A program made the translations under genes and the position numbers. A stretch of DNA of 64,000 nt from an uncultured Solirubrobacteraceae bacterium. GTDB lineage: Bacteria; Actinomycetota; Thermoleophilia; Solirubrobacterales; Solirubrobacteraceae. Positions 10,354 through 21,667 of this stretch are shown here, piece by piece. The first letter of the stretch is position 1. Each line of letters opens with the position of its first letter. The notes beneath the pieces are model-generated. The model was not told the origin of the DNA. It saw only the letters and a list, made by a program, of their open reading frames with translations, and made no database searches. Location: the NCBI GenBank assembly GCA_963775485.1, contig CAVZIH010000003.1:120252-184251 (forward strand), in the 5' to 3' direction.

Positions 10354-11130
10354 GCCGGTCGTGTCCACGTCGCCCAGGGCGCGTGCCCCGAGAGCCACAG
10401 CTGCTCCAGCTGGTTGCGGTCGCGCAGCGTGTCCATCGCCTGCCAGAAGCCCTGGTGGCGGTAGGACGGCGAGCTGGCCGTCGCGCGCGAGCGCGCGCAT
10501 CGGCTCCTGCTCCCACACCGTCTGATCGCCGTCGAGATAGCTCTCCACGCCCGGCGAGAGCACGAAGAAGCCGCCGTTCGTCCAGCCGCCGTCACCACGC
10601 GGCTTCTCCTCGAACTCGCGCACGAGGTCGCCCTCGAGATCGAGCGCGCCGAACCGCCCGGGGGGCTGAACGGCGGTCACCGTCGCGCTCCGGCCATGCG
10701 CGCTGTGGAAGGCCACGAGCGCCGACACGTCCACGTCGGCGAGGCCGTCGCCGTAGGTGAAGCAGAAGTCTTCGCCGTCCACGTACTGCAGCACCCGGCG
10801 CAGGCGCCCGCCGGTCATCGTCGCCTCGCCCGTGTCCACCAGCGTCACCCGCCAGGGCTCGGTGGCGGAACGGTGGACCTCCATCCCGCCGCCCGCCAGG
10901 TCGAAGGACACGTCGCACGTGTGCAGGTAGTAGTTGGCGAAGTACTCCTTGATCATGTAGCCCCGGTAGCCGAGGCAGATAACGAAGTCCTCGATCCCGT
11001 GCGCGGCGTAGATCTTCATGATGTGCCACAGCATCGGCTTGCCGCCGATCTCGACCATCGGCTTGGGCCGCACGGAGGTCTCCTCGCTGAGCCGCGAGCC
11101 GAAACCGCCCGCCAGGATGACCGCCTTCAC
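10350..11130 (-). CDS. rfbF: Glucose-1-phosphate cytidylyltransferase with a +1 frameshift near 10468 (probable sequencing error)
   Basis: [34 protein letters not shown]. The conserved tail [28 protein letters not shown] lies in another frame ending at 10350. Confidence 0.9.
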
Positions 11131-11178
11131 GGCGCCCAGGTTAGTCCACGGGTCGCACAGAACTCCCCGGGCGCGGCG

Positions 11179-12927
11179 TCATTCCTCCCGCACCGCCACC
11201 ACGTTCGAGGCCCCGGTCGCGTATGGATAGTCGGCCTCGGCCTCCGAGACCACCCGGAACCGGTAGCTCACGGGCCCCGGGAAGCGGAAGCGGTAGCTCG
11301 CGTGGTAGCGGCCGCGGGCGCCGCTGCGGATCACGTTGAACTCGATCCACGAGCCCGCTGAGCTGGCCTCCAGTACCAGCAGCTTGCCGCCGGCCGGGAC
11401 CGGGCCGCCGAGCAGACGCCCGCTGAAGTAGATCCGCCGTCCCACGCTCGCCGTCCGGGGGGAGATCTTGAGCGCCAGCGCCGCGTGAACGCTCAGCGTC
11501 AGGGTGCGCGCCGCGGCGACAGCCGGTTCGCCTAGCCGGCTGTGGTAGGCCAGGCGCAGGCTGCGCGAGGATGCGCCCGCGGGGATCCGCAGCGAGAAGT
11601 CGCCGTCCGCCGCCGTGTGCGGGCCGGCCATCGCCACCGCCCGCGCGCCCGTGTAGGCGGGCGTCGCGAGCACTTCGATCTGGGCGCCCCCGATCGGCAC
11701 GCCGCCTGGTGCCGTCAGGCGGCCCGCGATCGTCTCGGTGCGACCGTAGCCGCTCACCAGACGTGAGCCCTTGGCGCCCTTCCAGCCGGCTGTCAGGGTC
11801 GCCTGCGCCGATGCGTTGGTCCCGTTCGCCGCCCCCACAGCGCCCGTACCGGCCCCCGCGGCGCCCGCAGCGGAGCCGGCCCCGGCGGACCCGGCCGAGC
11901 CGGCCGAGGTGGGGTTGGCGATCGTGATGTTGCGGTCGAGCACCGTCGCCGAGTTACCCGCCGCATCCACCACGCTCACCACGAGGTGATGGCTGCCGTT
12001 GGCAAAGCGGGTCGTGTCGAGTCCCACGTCCGCGCTCAGCGACGGCGGGCACGGCTGCACATAGAGGAACGCCGCCAGCCCGTCGCTCGTGCCGCCCACG
12101 TTCCGACAGCGCCCGCCGTCTTCGTCGAGCACCGTGCTCTGCACCACCTCGCCGTCGAGGCTGATCACCGCCTCGTACACGCCCGACCCCGGATCGCTCG
12201 CACCGAACGCCACATCGCTCGTCCCGCTCACCGCCGCCGCGCTCGCCAGTTCGCCGCTCACCCCGCTCGCCGACGGACCCGAGCCCTGTTCGAGGACCAT
12301 GTCGGCCGCGTAGAGGTAGACCACGGCTGCGTAGTTGTTGGCGTCGCCTTGGCCCGTCTCGGCATTCGTATTCGGACGTACGGCCCTCCACAGGACGACC
12401 TCTCATGTACAGATGCGAGCCCAAGATTCGCTGCGGACAGGCACCACACCATTTGGCTCGCGAACGGCTGCGACCGATGTCCCCGAGCCCACTCGATGCA
12501 GCCCGAGGCGGTACGAGCATTCGATCGAAGACTGTCGCTTCTCCTGGGCCGGCGAGCCAGAATTGGTAGGTCGCATTGACCGCCGCCCCGCCGTCAGCGT
12601 CTCCCGCCCGCCACAGCGTGGCGCGGAGATCCGGATCCGGCCGGCGGAGCTTAAACGCCCAGTGGCGCGATCGGTGTTGGCGAGGTGCGCGTGGCTGGAG
12701 TCACCGAGCGCGGCGACGAGCGCGCCGCCTGGTGAGCAGGTGTTGAGCGCGTAGTCGTCGTAGGCGCTGCCGGCGGCGGTCCCCCCACTCCACCCGTCCG
12801 CGGGTGCGGGTTCGCCGGCGGGGGTTCGGCAGGCGTAGACGTGGTAGGCGCCGGCGTGGGCGCGCGCGGCGCCGAGGAGCGCGGCGAGCGTCGCGAGGAG
12901 GATTGCGGTCGTGGTCTTCAACATCAT
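11179..12927 (-). CDS. Secreted multi-beta-sandwich protein, broken by multiple indels at ~12350-12665
   Basis: Signal peptide MMLKTTTAILLATLAALLGAARAHA, then Cys-containing beta domains. Reading across indels joins it to ORF 11179..12324 (Gly/Ala linker plus C-terminal Ig-like domains). Confidence 0.7.
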
Positions 12928-13135
12928 TCCTGGCCGTGGTCGTTCACGGGGCCGGGACGGCCCCCCTTGCCTGTTGATTGCCACATGGGCGGCCGCTGCG
13001 TCAACAGCTGTGGTGGCCGGTGCCGCAGGCGCTGGGGCGGGGAGGGGCGATCGTGTCTCCGACTCTGGTGGCCGGAGGGACGCTGCGAGGCGTCGGCGTG
13101 AGGGCCGGCACGGCCGGACGGGGCGCCGCAGGCGC

Positions 13136-14377
13136 TCAGAGGGTGAGGCGGAGGGGTAGCTCGTCGAGCCCGTAGATGCCGGAGATGGTGCCGAACCGGG
13201 GCTCGCCGTCGAGCTCCAGGAGGCGCACGTGCCCGGCGAGGAAGGTGAGGGCCTCCTCGAGCTCGAGGCGCGCGAGGTTTGCGCCGAGGCAGTAGTGGAC
13301 GCCCGCGCCGAAGGTGAGCGGGCGGGCGCGGCCGCGGGGTGCGGTGATGTCGAACTCGTCGGGGCCTCCGGGCCCGCGCTCGTCCTCGCCGAGGTCGCGG
13401 TTGCCGGTGAACGCACAGACGAGCACGATCGTGCCCTCCGGGAAGATGACGTCGCGGAAGACGACCTCCTCGGTGAGGATGCGCGCGGTGAACGGGGTGA
13501 TCGGCTCGAAGCGCAGCGCCTCCTCGACGGCCGCGCCGGCGAGCGCGGGGTCCTCGCGGAGCAGCTGCCACTGCCCGGGGTGCCGGGCGAGCAGCCTGAT
13601 CGCGTGGGCGAGCTGGCTCTGGGTCGTATCGACCCCGCCGGCGAGCACGTTGAAGACGAGGTTGATGCACTCCTCCTCGGATAGCCGCTCACCCTGCTCC
13701 TCGGCGGCGATCAGCATCGAGATGAGGTCGTCGCTGGGATCGCTGCGGCGCGCCCTGAGCAGCTCCGCGGCGTAGGCGTAGAACTCCTCGACCGCCCGCT
13801 CGATCTGATCCCGCTCGCTCGCCATCGCGCCCGCGTCGAACTGGCGCTGGATCCAGTTCGACCAGTGGTGCAGCCGCGGCGCATCCCGCAGCGGCGCGCC
13901 CATGACCGTGGCGATCACCTGCGAGGGATAGGGCTTGGCGAAGGCGTCGACGAACTCGCATGACACGACCTCGCCCCCGGCGGGGGCTCGGGCCGCGTCG
14001 AGCAGCTGCTGCAGGAAGCCGCGCATCGCCGGGCGGTAGCGCTCGACCGCCCGCGGGGAGAGCACCGGGTTGACGAGCCCACGCAGGCGCGCGTGATCGG
14101 GGCCGTTGACGTGCAGGATGTTGCGCCGCATCTGCTCATAGAGCGGGCCCTCGCCGACCTCGAAGATCTCCGCGATCTTCATGCCCGGGAAGATCGCGGA
14201 GCGGGTGCGCAGGAAGAACTCGGCGGACTCCCGGTCGAGCACGATGTAGCCGAAGGGACCCTCGGCGAGCCAGCCGCCGGCGCGCAGGTCGCCCATCGCC
14301 GTGTGGAACCGCTCCCCGCGAACCGCCGGGTCGGTGTAGTCGAACGCGGGGAGCTCCAGCTCGGCGACTTGCGGCAT
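13136..14377 (-). CDS. Cytochrome P450
   Basis: I-helix AGGVDTT, EEALR (ExxR), heme motif FGAGVHYCLG. Confidence 0.95.
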   Translation of the reverse strand: MPQVAELELPAFDYTDPAVRGERFHTAMGDLRAGGWLAEGPFGYIVLDRESAEFFLRTRSAIFPGMKIAEIFEVGEGPLYEQMRRNILHVNGPDHARLRGLVNPVLSPRAVERYRPAMRGFLQQLLDAARAPAGGEVVSCEFVDAFAKPYPSQVIATVMGAPLRDAPRLHHWSNWIQRQFDAGAMASERDQIERAVEEFYAYAAELLRARRSDPSDDLISMLIAAEEQGERLSEEECINLVFNVLAGGVDTTQSQLAHAIRLLARHPGQWQLLREDPALAGAAVEEALRFEPITPFTARILTEEVVFRDVIFPEGTIVLVCAFTGNRDLGEDERGPGGPDEFDITAPRGRARPLTFGAGVHYCLGANLARLELEEALTFLAGHVRLLELDGEPRFGTISGIYGLDELPLRLTL

Positions 14378-14399
14378 GGTCGGGCCCGGGGTGCGAGGC

Positions 14400-14684
14400 C
14401 TATTTCTTCTTCGGGCTGACCGCCTGCTTCAGGCCGGCGCCGGCGGAGAACTTGGGCGCCTTGGAAGCTTTGATTTTCACGCGCTCGCCCGTGCGCGGGT
14501 TGACCCCCTGGCGGGCGGCGCGTTTGACGACCGAGAACTTGCCGAAGCCGGTGATGCTCACCTCGTCGCCCTTCTTGAGCGTCCTGGTGACGGTGTCCAG
14601 CAGCGACTCGATCGCGCGGGCTGAGTCGGCCTTGGTGAGGCCGCTGTCGGCGGCGACCGCGTCAATCAGTTGCGTCTTGTTCAT
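14400..14684 (-). CDS. hup: HU family DNA-binding protein
   Basis: MNKTQLIDAVA...GFGKF...RQGVNPRTGE...PKFSAG. RBS AAAGGA upstream of the ATG at 14684. Confidence 0.96.
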   Translation of the reverse strand: MNKTQLIDAVAADSGLTKADSARAIESLLDTVTRTLKKGDEVSITGFGKFSVVKRAARQGVNPRTGERVKIKASKAPKFSAGAGLKQAVSPKKK

Positions 14685-16150
14685 CGAGTGTCCTTTCGTT
14701 GGGTGTCGGCGAGCGCCGCAGGGTACCTTGCCAGCTTCTTGCCCGGGTTGAGCAGCCCCTTGGGGTCGAACACCCGCTTGATCTCCTCGTGCAGCGCGAG
14801 CGCCCGCTCGGGCCACTGCGCCTGCAGGCGCCCGCGCTTGATCCAGCCGACGCCGTGCTCGCCTGCGATCGAGCCGCCGAGCGTGACGACGAGCGCGAAC
14901 AGCTCCTCGCCGACTGCCTCCGCAGCGTCGAGCTCCCGCTCGGCGCCGGGGTCGACGAGCACCGTCGCGTGCACGTTGCCCTCGCCGCCGTGCCCGAACG
15001 CGCAGGAGGGCAGCCCGTGGCGGGCGGCGATCTCCGCGAAGCGGCGCAGGCCCTCGGCGAGGTGCTCGACGGGGAACACCACGTCCTCGCTCACCTTCGC
15101 CCCGCGCACCCCGGTGAGCGCGCCGTTGACGCCGTCGCGCCAGCGCCACAGGGCGGCCGCCTCGGCGGGCTCGTGCACCGCCAGCGCCTCCCCTTCGAGC
15201 AGGCCCAGCAGCTCGGCCCGCTGGGCGGCCGCCTCGGCGGGAGTGCCGTCGACCTCGGCGATCAGCACGAAGCCGGCGTCGGCGGGGATCCTCTCGCCGG
15301 TCGGGCCGCGCCAGGCGCCGGCGGGCGGGTAGGCGCCGGCGACGTGCCGGAGCGCCTCGCCGTCGAGGAAGTCGAGCACCGACGGCCGCAGACCGGCGCC
15401 GAACACCGTCTCGATCGCCTCCGCACCGGCGGCGGGCGTGCTCAGGAAGATGACCGTCGCCAGTGCCGCCGGCGGCGCGGGCAGCAGTCGCAGGCGCACC
15501 GCGGTGATCACGCCGAGCGTGCCCTCGGAGCCGATCAGCAGGCTCTTGAGGTCATAGCCGGCCACGTCCTTGCTGGCCCAGCCGCCGAGCGCGACGAGCT
15601 CTCCGGGCGCGAGCACCGCCTCCAGGCCCGCCACCCAGGCGCCCGTCACGCCGTACTTCAACGCGTGCGGGCCGCCCGCGTTGGTGGCCACGTTCCCGCC
15701 GATCTGCGACTGCTCGGAGGCGCCGGGGTCGGGGGCGAACATGAGGCCGTTCTCGCGCGCGAGCCGCTGGACGTCGCGGGTGCTCACGCCCGCCTCCGGG
15801 AGGATCCGCCACAGCGCGGGCTCGAGCTCCCGCACGCGCCGCAGGCGCTCCAGCGAGCACACCACGCCGCCCTCGCTCGCCACCGCTCCGCCCGCGAGGC
15901 CCGTGCCGCCGCCGCGCGGCACGATCGGTACGTCGTGGGCGTAGCACCACGCGACCACGGCCGCGACCTCCTCGGCACAGCCCGGCAGGACGACGAGGTC
16001 GGCGCGACCCTCGATCCCGCGGCGCCCTGACGCGTCGCGGTTGTAGGGCGACTCGGGCGGAGCCTGGAGCACATGCCCGGAGCCCACCAGCCCGTCCAGG
16101 GCGCGCCTGAGGGCCGCCGCCGACGGCCGCGCTGCGATCGCGTCGCTCAT
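14681..16150 (-). CDS. FAD-linked oxidase (GlcD / D-2-hydroxyacid dehydrogenase family)
   Basis: PRGGGTGLAGGA, PDP...IGGNVATNAGG, GSEGTLG, GHGGEGNVH, GEHGVG, DPKGLLNPGK. Confidence 0.9.
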   Translation of the reverse strand: MSDAIAARPSAAALRRALDGLVGSGHVLQAPPESPYNRDASGRRGIEGRADLVVLPGCAEEVAAVVAWCYAHDVPIVPRGGGTGLAGGAVASEGGVVCSLERLRRVRELEPALWRILPEAGVSTRDVQRLARENGLMFAPDPGASEQSQIGGNVATNAGGPHALKYGVTGAWVAGLEAVLAPGELVALGGWASKDVAGYDLKSLLIGSEGTLGVITAVRLRLLPAPPAALATVIFLSTPAAGAEAIETVFGAGLRPSVLDFLDGEALRHVAGAYPPAGAWRGPTGERIPADAGFVLIAEVDGTPAEAAAQRAELLGLLEGEALAVHEPAEAAALWRWRDGVNGALTGVRGAKVSEDVVFPVEHLAEGLRRFAEIAARHGLPSCAFGHGGEGNVHATVLVDPGAERELDAAEAVGEELFALVVTLGGSIAGEHGVGWIKRGRLQAQWPERALALHEEIKRVFDPKGLLNPGKKLARYPAALADTQRKDTR

Positions 16151-16190
16151 CGAGCCGAGGCTACCGCTACGGGTAGCATTGGGAGCAGCC

Positions 16191-17843
<1,653 letters not shown>

Positions 17844-17914
17844 GCACGCCGGACGCGGTCCCCACAGCGTCCGGGTGCAGCGCTCTTCGCAACTTCTTAG
17901 AGCGCCGTCGTGTC

Positions 17915-19735
17915 TTGAACCTAGGATCCAATCTGCCAAAACGCCGCGCCCCGGAGGCCCCCATCATCCGCAAGCGCCACGCAGCCCTGCTGTCGGTCCT
18001 CTCCGCCCTCCCCCTCTGTGCCGCCGCCGCCACCTCCGCCTCGGCCTCCCCGGTGATCCTCTCGCCGCTGCGGGGGACCATCTCAGCCATGCCCCACACC
18101 CAGATCAGCTTTCTCGGCGCCGCCGCAGGATCGCTCAGCGCGATCACCGTCGTCGGGTCGGTCAGCGGCCGTCACGGCGGTCGCCTGCGCTCATACGCCT
18201 CGGCCACGGGGGCCAGCTTCCTGCCGGCGCGACCCTTCTTCCCGGGCGAGCAGGTGCACGTCAGCGCGCGCTGGCGCTCTCCCGGCGGCAGCAGGACGCT
18301 CACCACCAGCTTCACCGTCGCCCGCCCGCTGCCCGTGCCGCTGACACCCTTCGCCCCCACGACCGGCACCGCGGCCGACGTGCAGAACTTCGCCTCCGAG
18401 CCAGAACTGCACCCCCCGGCGATCACGGTCCACCTCGCCGCCGGATCCGCCAGCGCCCCCGGTGACCTGTTCGCCACCCCGTTCCTGGGCCCGGGGCAGT
18501 GGGGGCCGATGATCTTCGACAGCAGCGGCAGCCTCGTCTGGTTCCGCCCCCTCCCCCCCGGCCAGGACGCCGCCGACCTGCAGGCCCAGGTGCTCCACGA
18601 ACGCTACGACCTCACGTGGTGGCAGGGACGCACGATCGCGCTCGGATACGGCCTCGGCGAGGACGTGATCGCCGACGCCAACTACCGCACCGTGGCCGTC
18701 GTGCGGGCCGGCAACGGCCTGCAGGCCGACGAGCACGAGTTCACCATCACGCCGCAGGGCACCGCCTACATCCTCGCCTACAGCCCCGTGCAGGCGAGCC
18801 TGGCCTCGGTCGGCGGTCCCGCGCACGGCACCGTCCTCGACGGCGTCGTGCAGGAGATCGACATCCGCACCGGGCTGGTCATGTGGGAATGGCACAGCCT
18901 CGGCCACGTGTCGCTCGGCGACTCCTACTCCCCGCCGCCCGCCGCGCCCGGGGAAGCCTACGACTACTTCCACATCAACTCGCTCGCCACCGACAGCCAC
19001 GGCAACCTGCTGATCTCGGCGCGCAACACCTGGACGATCTACGACGTCGACCACCACACCGGCGCCGTGATCTGGCGGCTGGGGGGCAAGCGGAGCAGCT
19101 TTGCGCTCGGACCGGGCGTCGCGTTCGCCTATCAGCACGACGCCGCCTGGCTCCCCGACGGCGACATCAGCGTGTTCGACGACGAGGGCTCACCGCCGGT
19201 CGATCCGCCCTCGCGCGGGGAGGTCATCAGCCTCGACACCGCCGACCGCACGGCGACGCTCGCGACCGCGCTCGTGCGCGGCCTCGGGCCCGTGCAGACG
19301 AGCAGCCAGGGAGACGTGCAGGCGCTGCCCGGTGGCGGCTGGATGGTCGGCTGGGGCGGGCTCCCGAACCTCACCGAATTCAACGCCCAGGGACAGGCCA
19401 TCTATGACGCCCAACTGCCCGCCGGGGAGACCAGCTATCGCGTCTTCCGCCTGCCCTGGAGCGGCCAGCCGCTGACGCCGCCCGACATCGCCGCGCGCTC
19501 GAGCGCCTCCGGCAGCGTCGTCTACGCGAGCTGGAACGGCGCCACCACGGTCGACTCCTGGCAGCTGCTCGGCGGCCCCAGCGCGAGCGCGCTCGGCCCC
19601 CTCTCGACCACGCCTCGCAGCGGCTTCGAGACGGCCATCCCCGCCCCCGCGGCCGCCTTCTACGAGGTCCGCGCGCTCAGCGCCTCCGGACGCGTGCTCG
19701 GCAGCTCCACCCCCGTCAGCCCCACTCCGGAATGA
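17915..19735 (+). CDS. Secreted arylsulfotransferase (ASST) family protein 1, start uncertain
   Basis: Hydrophobic leader, DEHEF, YDYFHINS, LISARNT, WRLGGK, YQHDA, SQG, GWG, SYRVFR, VYASWNGAT. Confidence 0.88.
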   Translation: MNLGSNLPKRRAPEAPIIRKRHAALLSVLSALPLCAAAATSASASPVILSPLRGTISAMPHTQISFLGAAAGSLSAITVVGSVSGRHGGRLRSYASATGASFLPARPFFPGEQVHVSARWRSPGGSRTLTTSFTVARPLPVPLTPFAPTTGTAADVQNFASEPELHPPAITVHLAAGSASAPGDLFATPFLGPGQWGPMIFDSSGSLVWFRPLPPGQDAADLQAQVLHERYDLTWWQGRTIALGYGLGEDVIADANYRTVAVVRAGNGLQADEHEFTITPQGTAYILAYSPVQASLASVGGPAHGTVLDGVVQEIDIRTGLVMWEWHSLGHVSLGDSYSPPPAAPGEAYDYFHINSLATDSHGNLLISARNTWTIYDVDHHTGAVIWRLGGKRSSFALGPGVAFAYQHDAAWLPDGDISVFDDEGSPPVDPPSRGEVISLDTADRTATLATALVRGLGPVQTSSQGDVQALPGGGWMVGWGGLPNLTEFNAQGQAIYDAQLPAGETSYRVFRLPWSGQPLTPPDIAARSSASGSVVYASWNGATTVDSWQLLGGPSASALGPLSTTPRSGFETAIPAPAAAFYEVRALSASGRVLGSSTPVSPTPE

Positions 19736-21618
19736 CCGCGCGCCCGAGCCATCCGCCACGCATCTGGCTGCGCCGGTCCATCGCCGCCGGAGCACTGCTC
19801 CTGATCACCGCCGGGGTGGTCTCGCTCGCGCTCGTCTCGATCCCCGCCGCGGGCAGCCGCGCCACCTTCAGCGCCGCCCACGCCGTGCGCTGCGCCCCGG
19901 CCACGCTCAACGCCTCCGCGGTGCTGCCGGGGACCGGGGTCGCGGTCTCGCCGATGCCGGGCTCCTACGCCGCCTCGCCGGAGACCCAGATCAGCCTGTT
20001 GGGGGCGCCGATCGGCGCCCTGCAGGATGTCCGCGTGCGCGGCTCGCGGACGGGCGTGCACCCCGGCCGCCTGCGCCCCTACTCCCAGGGTGACGGGGCG
20101 AGCTTCCTGCCCGACCGGCCCTTCAGAGCAGGCGAGCAGGTCACCGTCCGCGGCGCCGTGCGGGAGGGCGCGCGCTCGGTGCGCTTCGACTACGGCTTCG
20201 TGGTGGCGCACGAGGACCCGCTCCCCCACACCTCCCCGATCGTCCACGTGCGCGACCCGCAGGAGAAGCAGCACTTCCACTCAGAACCGAGCCTGCAGCC
20301 GCCGGTGGTCGTCGTCAACGCCCGCTCCAGCCAGACGGCGCCCGGCGACATCTTCACGGCGCCCTACTCGGGCCCCGGCGCGAGCGGGCCGATGATCTTC
20401 GACGAAGCCGGGAACCTCGTGTGGTTCCACCCGGTCTCGGCGGCGACGGACGTCACCAACCTGCAGGTGCAGCAGCTCGGCGGCAAGCCGGTGCTCACGT
20501 GGTGGCAGGGCTACGTGCCGCCGCAGGGCTTCGGGCAGGGCGAAGAGATGATCTACAGCAGCTCCTACCGGCAGATCGGGCGCGTGCACGCCGGCAACGG
20601 CTACAAGGCCGACCTCCACGACTTCCACATAACCCCCCAGGGCACTGCGGTGCTCACGGTGTTCAACCCGATCGACTGCGATCTCGCATCCGTGGGCGGG
20701 TCGCCGACGGCCGCGGTCACCGACACGATCTTCCAGGAAGTCGATCTCGCGACCGGTCTCGTGCGGCGCGAGTGGCACTCCATCGACCACGTGCCGATCG
20801 CCGAATCCTACGCCGTGGGCACCGGCTCGAGCACAACCTGGCCGTTCGACTACTTCCACCTCAACTCGGTCGACCAGCTCGCCGACGGACGCACGCTCGT
20901 CTCCGCCCGCAACACCTCCGCGATGTACGAACTCAGCACCCTCACCGGCCAGGTGCTCACCCACATCGGCGGCCGCCACTCGAGCGTGACGCTCTCCGCC
21001 GGCGCCGCCACCGCCTACCAGCACGACGCCACCGTGCAGCCCAACGGCACGATCAGCGTGTTCGACAACGGCGCCGTGCCCAGGGTCCACGCGCAGTCGC
21101 GCGCGGTGCTGCTGGCGGTCGACCCGCAGCAACGGACCGATACCCTGCTCGCGCAGTTCGATCATCCCAAGCCGCTGTCGTCGGGTAGCCAGGGAAGCGT
21201 GCAGCTGCTCCCAAACGGCGACGTGTTCGTGGGCTGGGGCTCGGAGCCCTACTTCTCCGAGTACAACGCCCAGGGCGAGCTGCTGTTCGACGCGCACTGG
21301 CACGGCACCTACCAGTCCTATCGCGCATACCGCTTCCCGTGGATCGGGGCGCCGGACTCGCCGCCCGCGATCGCCGCCGTCGCCGGCAGCGGCGGCGCGC
21401 CGCCGACCGTCTACGCGAGCTGGAACGGCGACAACCGCACCGTCACCTGGCGCCTGCTCGCGGGGGCCAGCACGCAGGCGCTCGCGCCGGTCGCGAGCGC
21501 CGCGCGGAACGGCTTCGAGACCGCAATCGCGGCCCCCGCCCACGAGCGCTACGTCGCCGTGCAGGCGCTCGACGCCTCCGGCGCCGTGCTCGGCACCTCG
21601 CGCACGATCTCCGGCTGA
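19732..21618 (+). CDS. Secreted/membrane-anchored arylsulfotransferase family protein 2
   Basis: ATGA overlap with paralog 1. DLHDF, FDYFHLNS, SARNT, YQHDA, SQGS, SYRAYR, VYASWNG. Confidence 0.9.
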   Translation: MTARPSHPPRIWLRRSIAAGALLLITAGVVSLALVSIPAAGSRATFSAAHAVRCAPATLNASAVLPGTGVAVSPMPGSYAASPETQISLLGAPIGALQDVRVRGSRTGVHPGRLRPYSQGDGASFLPDRPFRAGEQVTVRGAVREGARSVRFDYGFVVAHEDPLPHTSPIVHVRDPQEKQHFHSEPSLQPPVVVVNARSSQTAPGDIFTAPYSGPGASGPMIFDEAGNLVWFHPVSAATDVTNLQVQQLGGKPVLTWWQGYVPPQGFGQGEEMIYSSSYRQIGRVHAGNGYKADLHDFHITPQGTAVLTVFNPIDCDLASVGGSPTAAVTDTIFQEVDLATGLVRREWHSIDHVPIAESYAVGTGSSTTWPFDYFHLNSVDQLADGRTLVSARNTSAMYELSTLTGQVLTHIGGRHSSVTLSAGAATAYQHDATVQPNGTISVFDNGAVPRVHAQSRAVLLAVDPQQRTDTLLAQFDHPKPLSSGSQGSVQLLPNGDVFVGWGSEPYFSEYNAQGELLFDAHWHGTYQSYRAYRFPWIGAPDSPPAIAAVAGSGGAPPTVYASWNGDNRTVTWRLLAGASTQALAPVASAARNGFETAIAAPAHERYVAVQALDASGAVLGTSRTISG

Positions 21619-21667
21619 CGGGCCCGCTGCCGGCGCCGCCGGGACCAGGCCGGGCCGCCGCGCCGGC

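Noticed and set aside
9253-11130. Apparent natural RfbF-RfbG fusion (625-aa ORF)
   Set aside because: The conserved RfbF C-terminus is intact in another frame and ends in a GTGA overlap with the rfbG start. One extra base near 10468 explains the fusion, and no slippery sequence is present.
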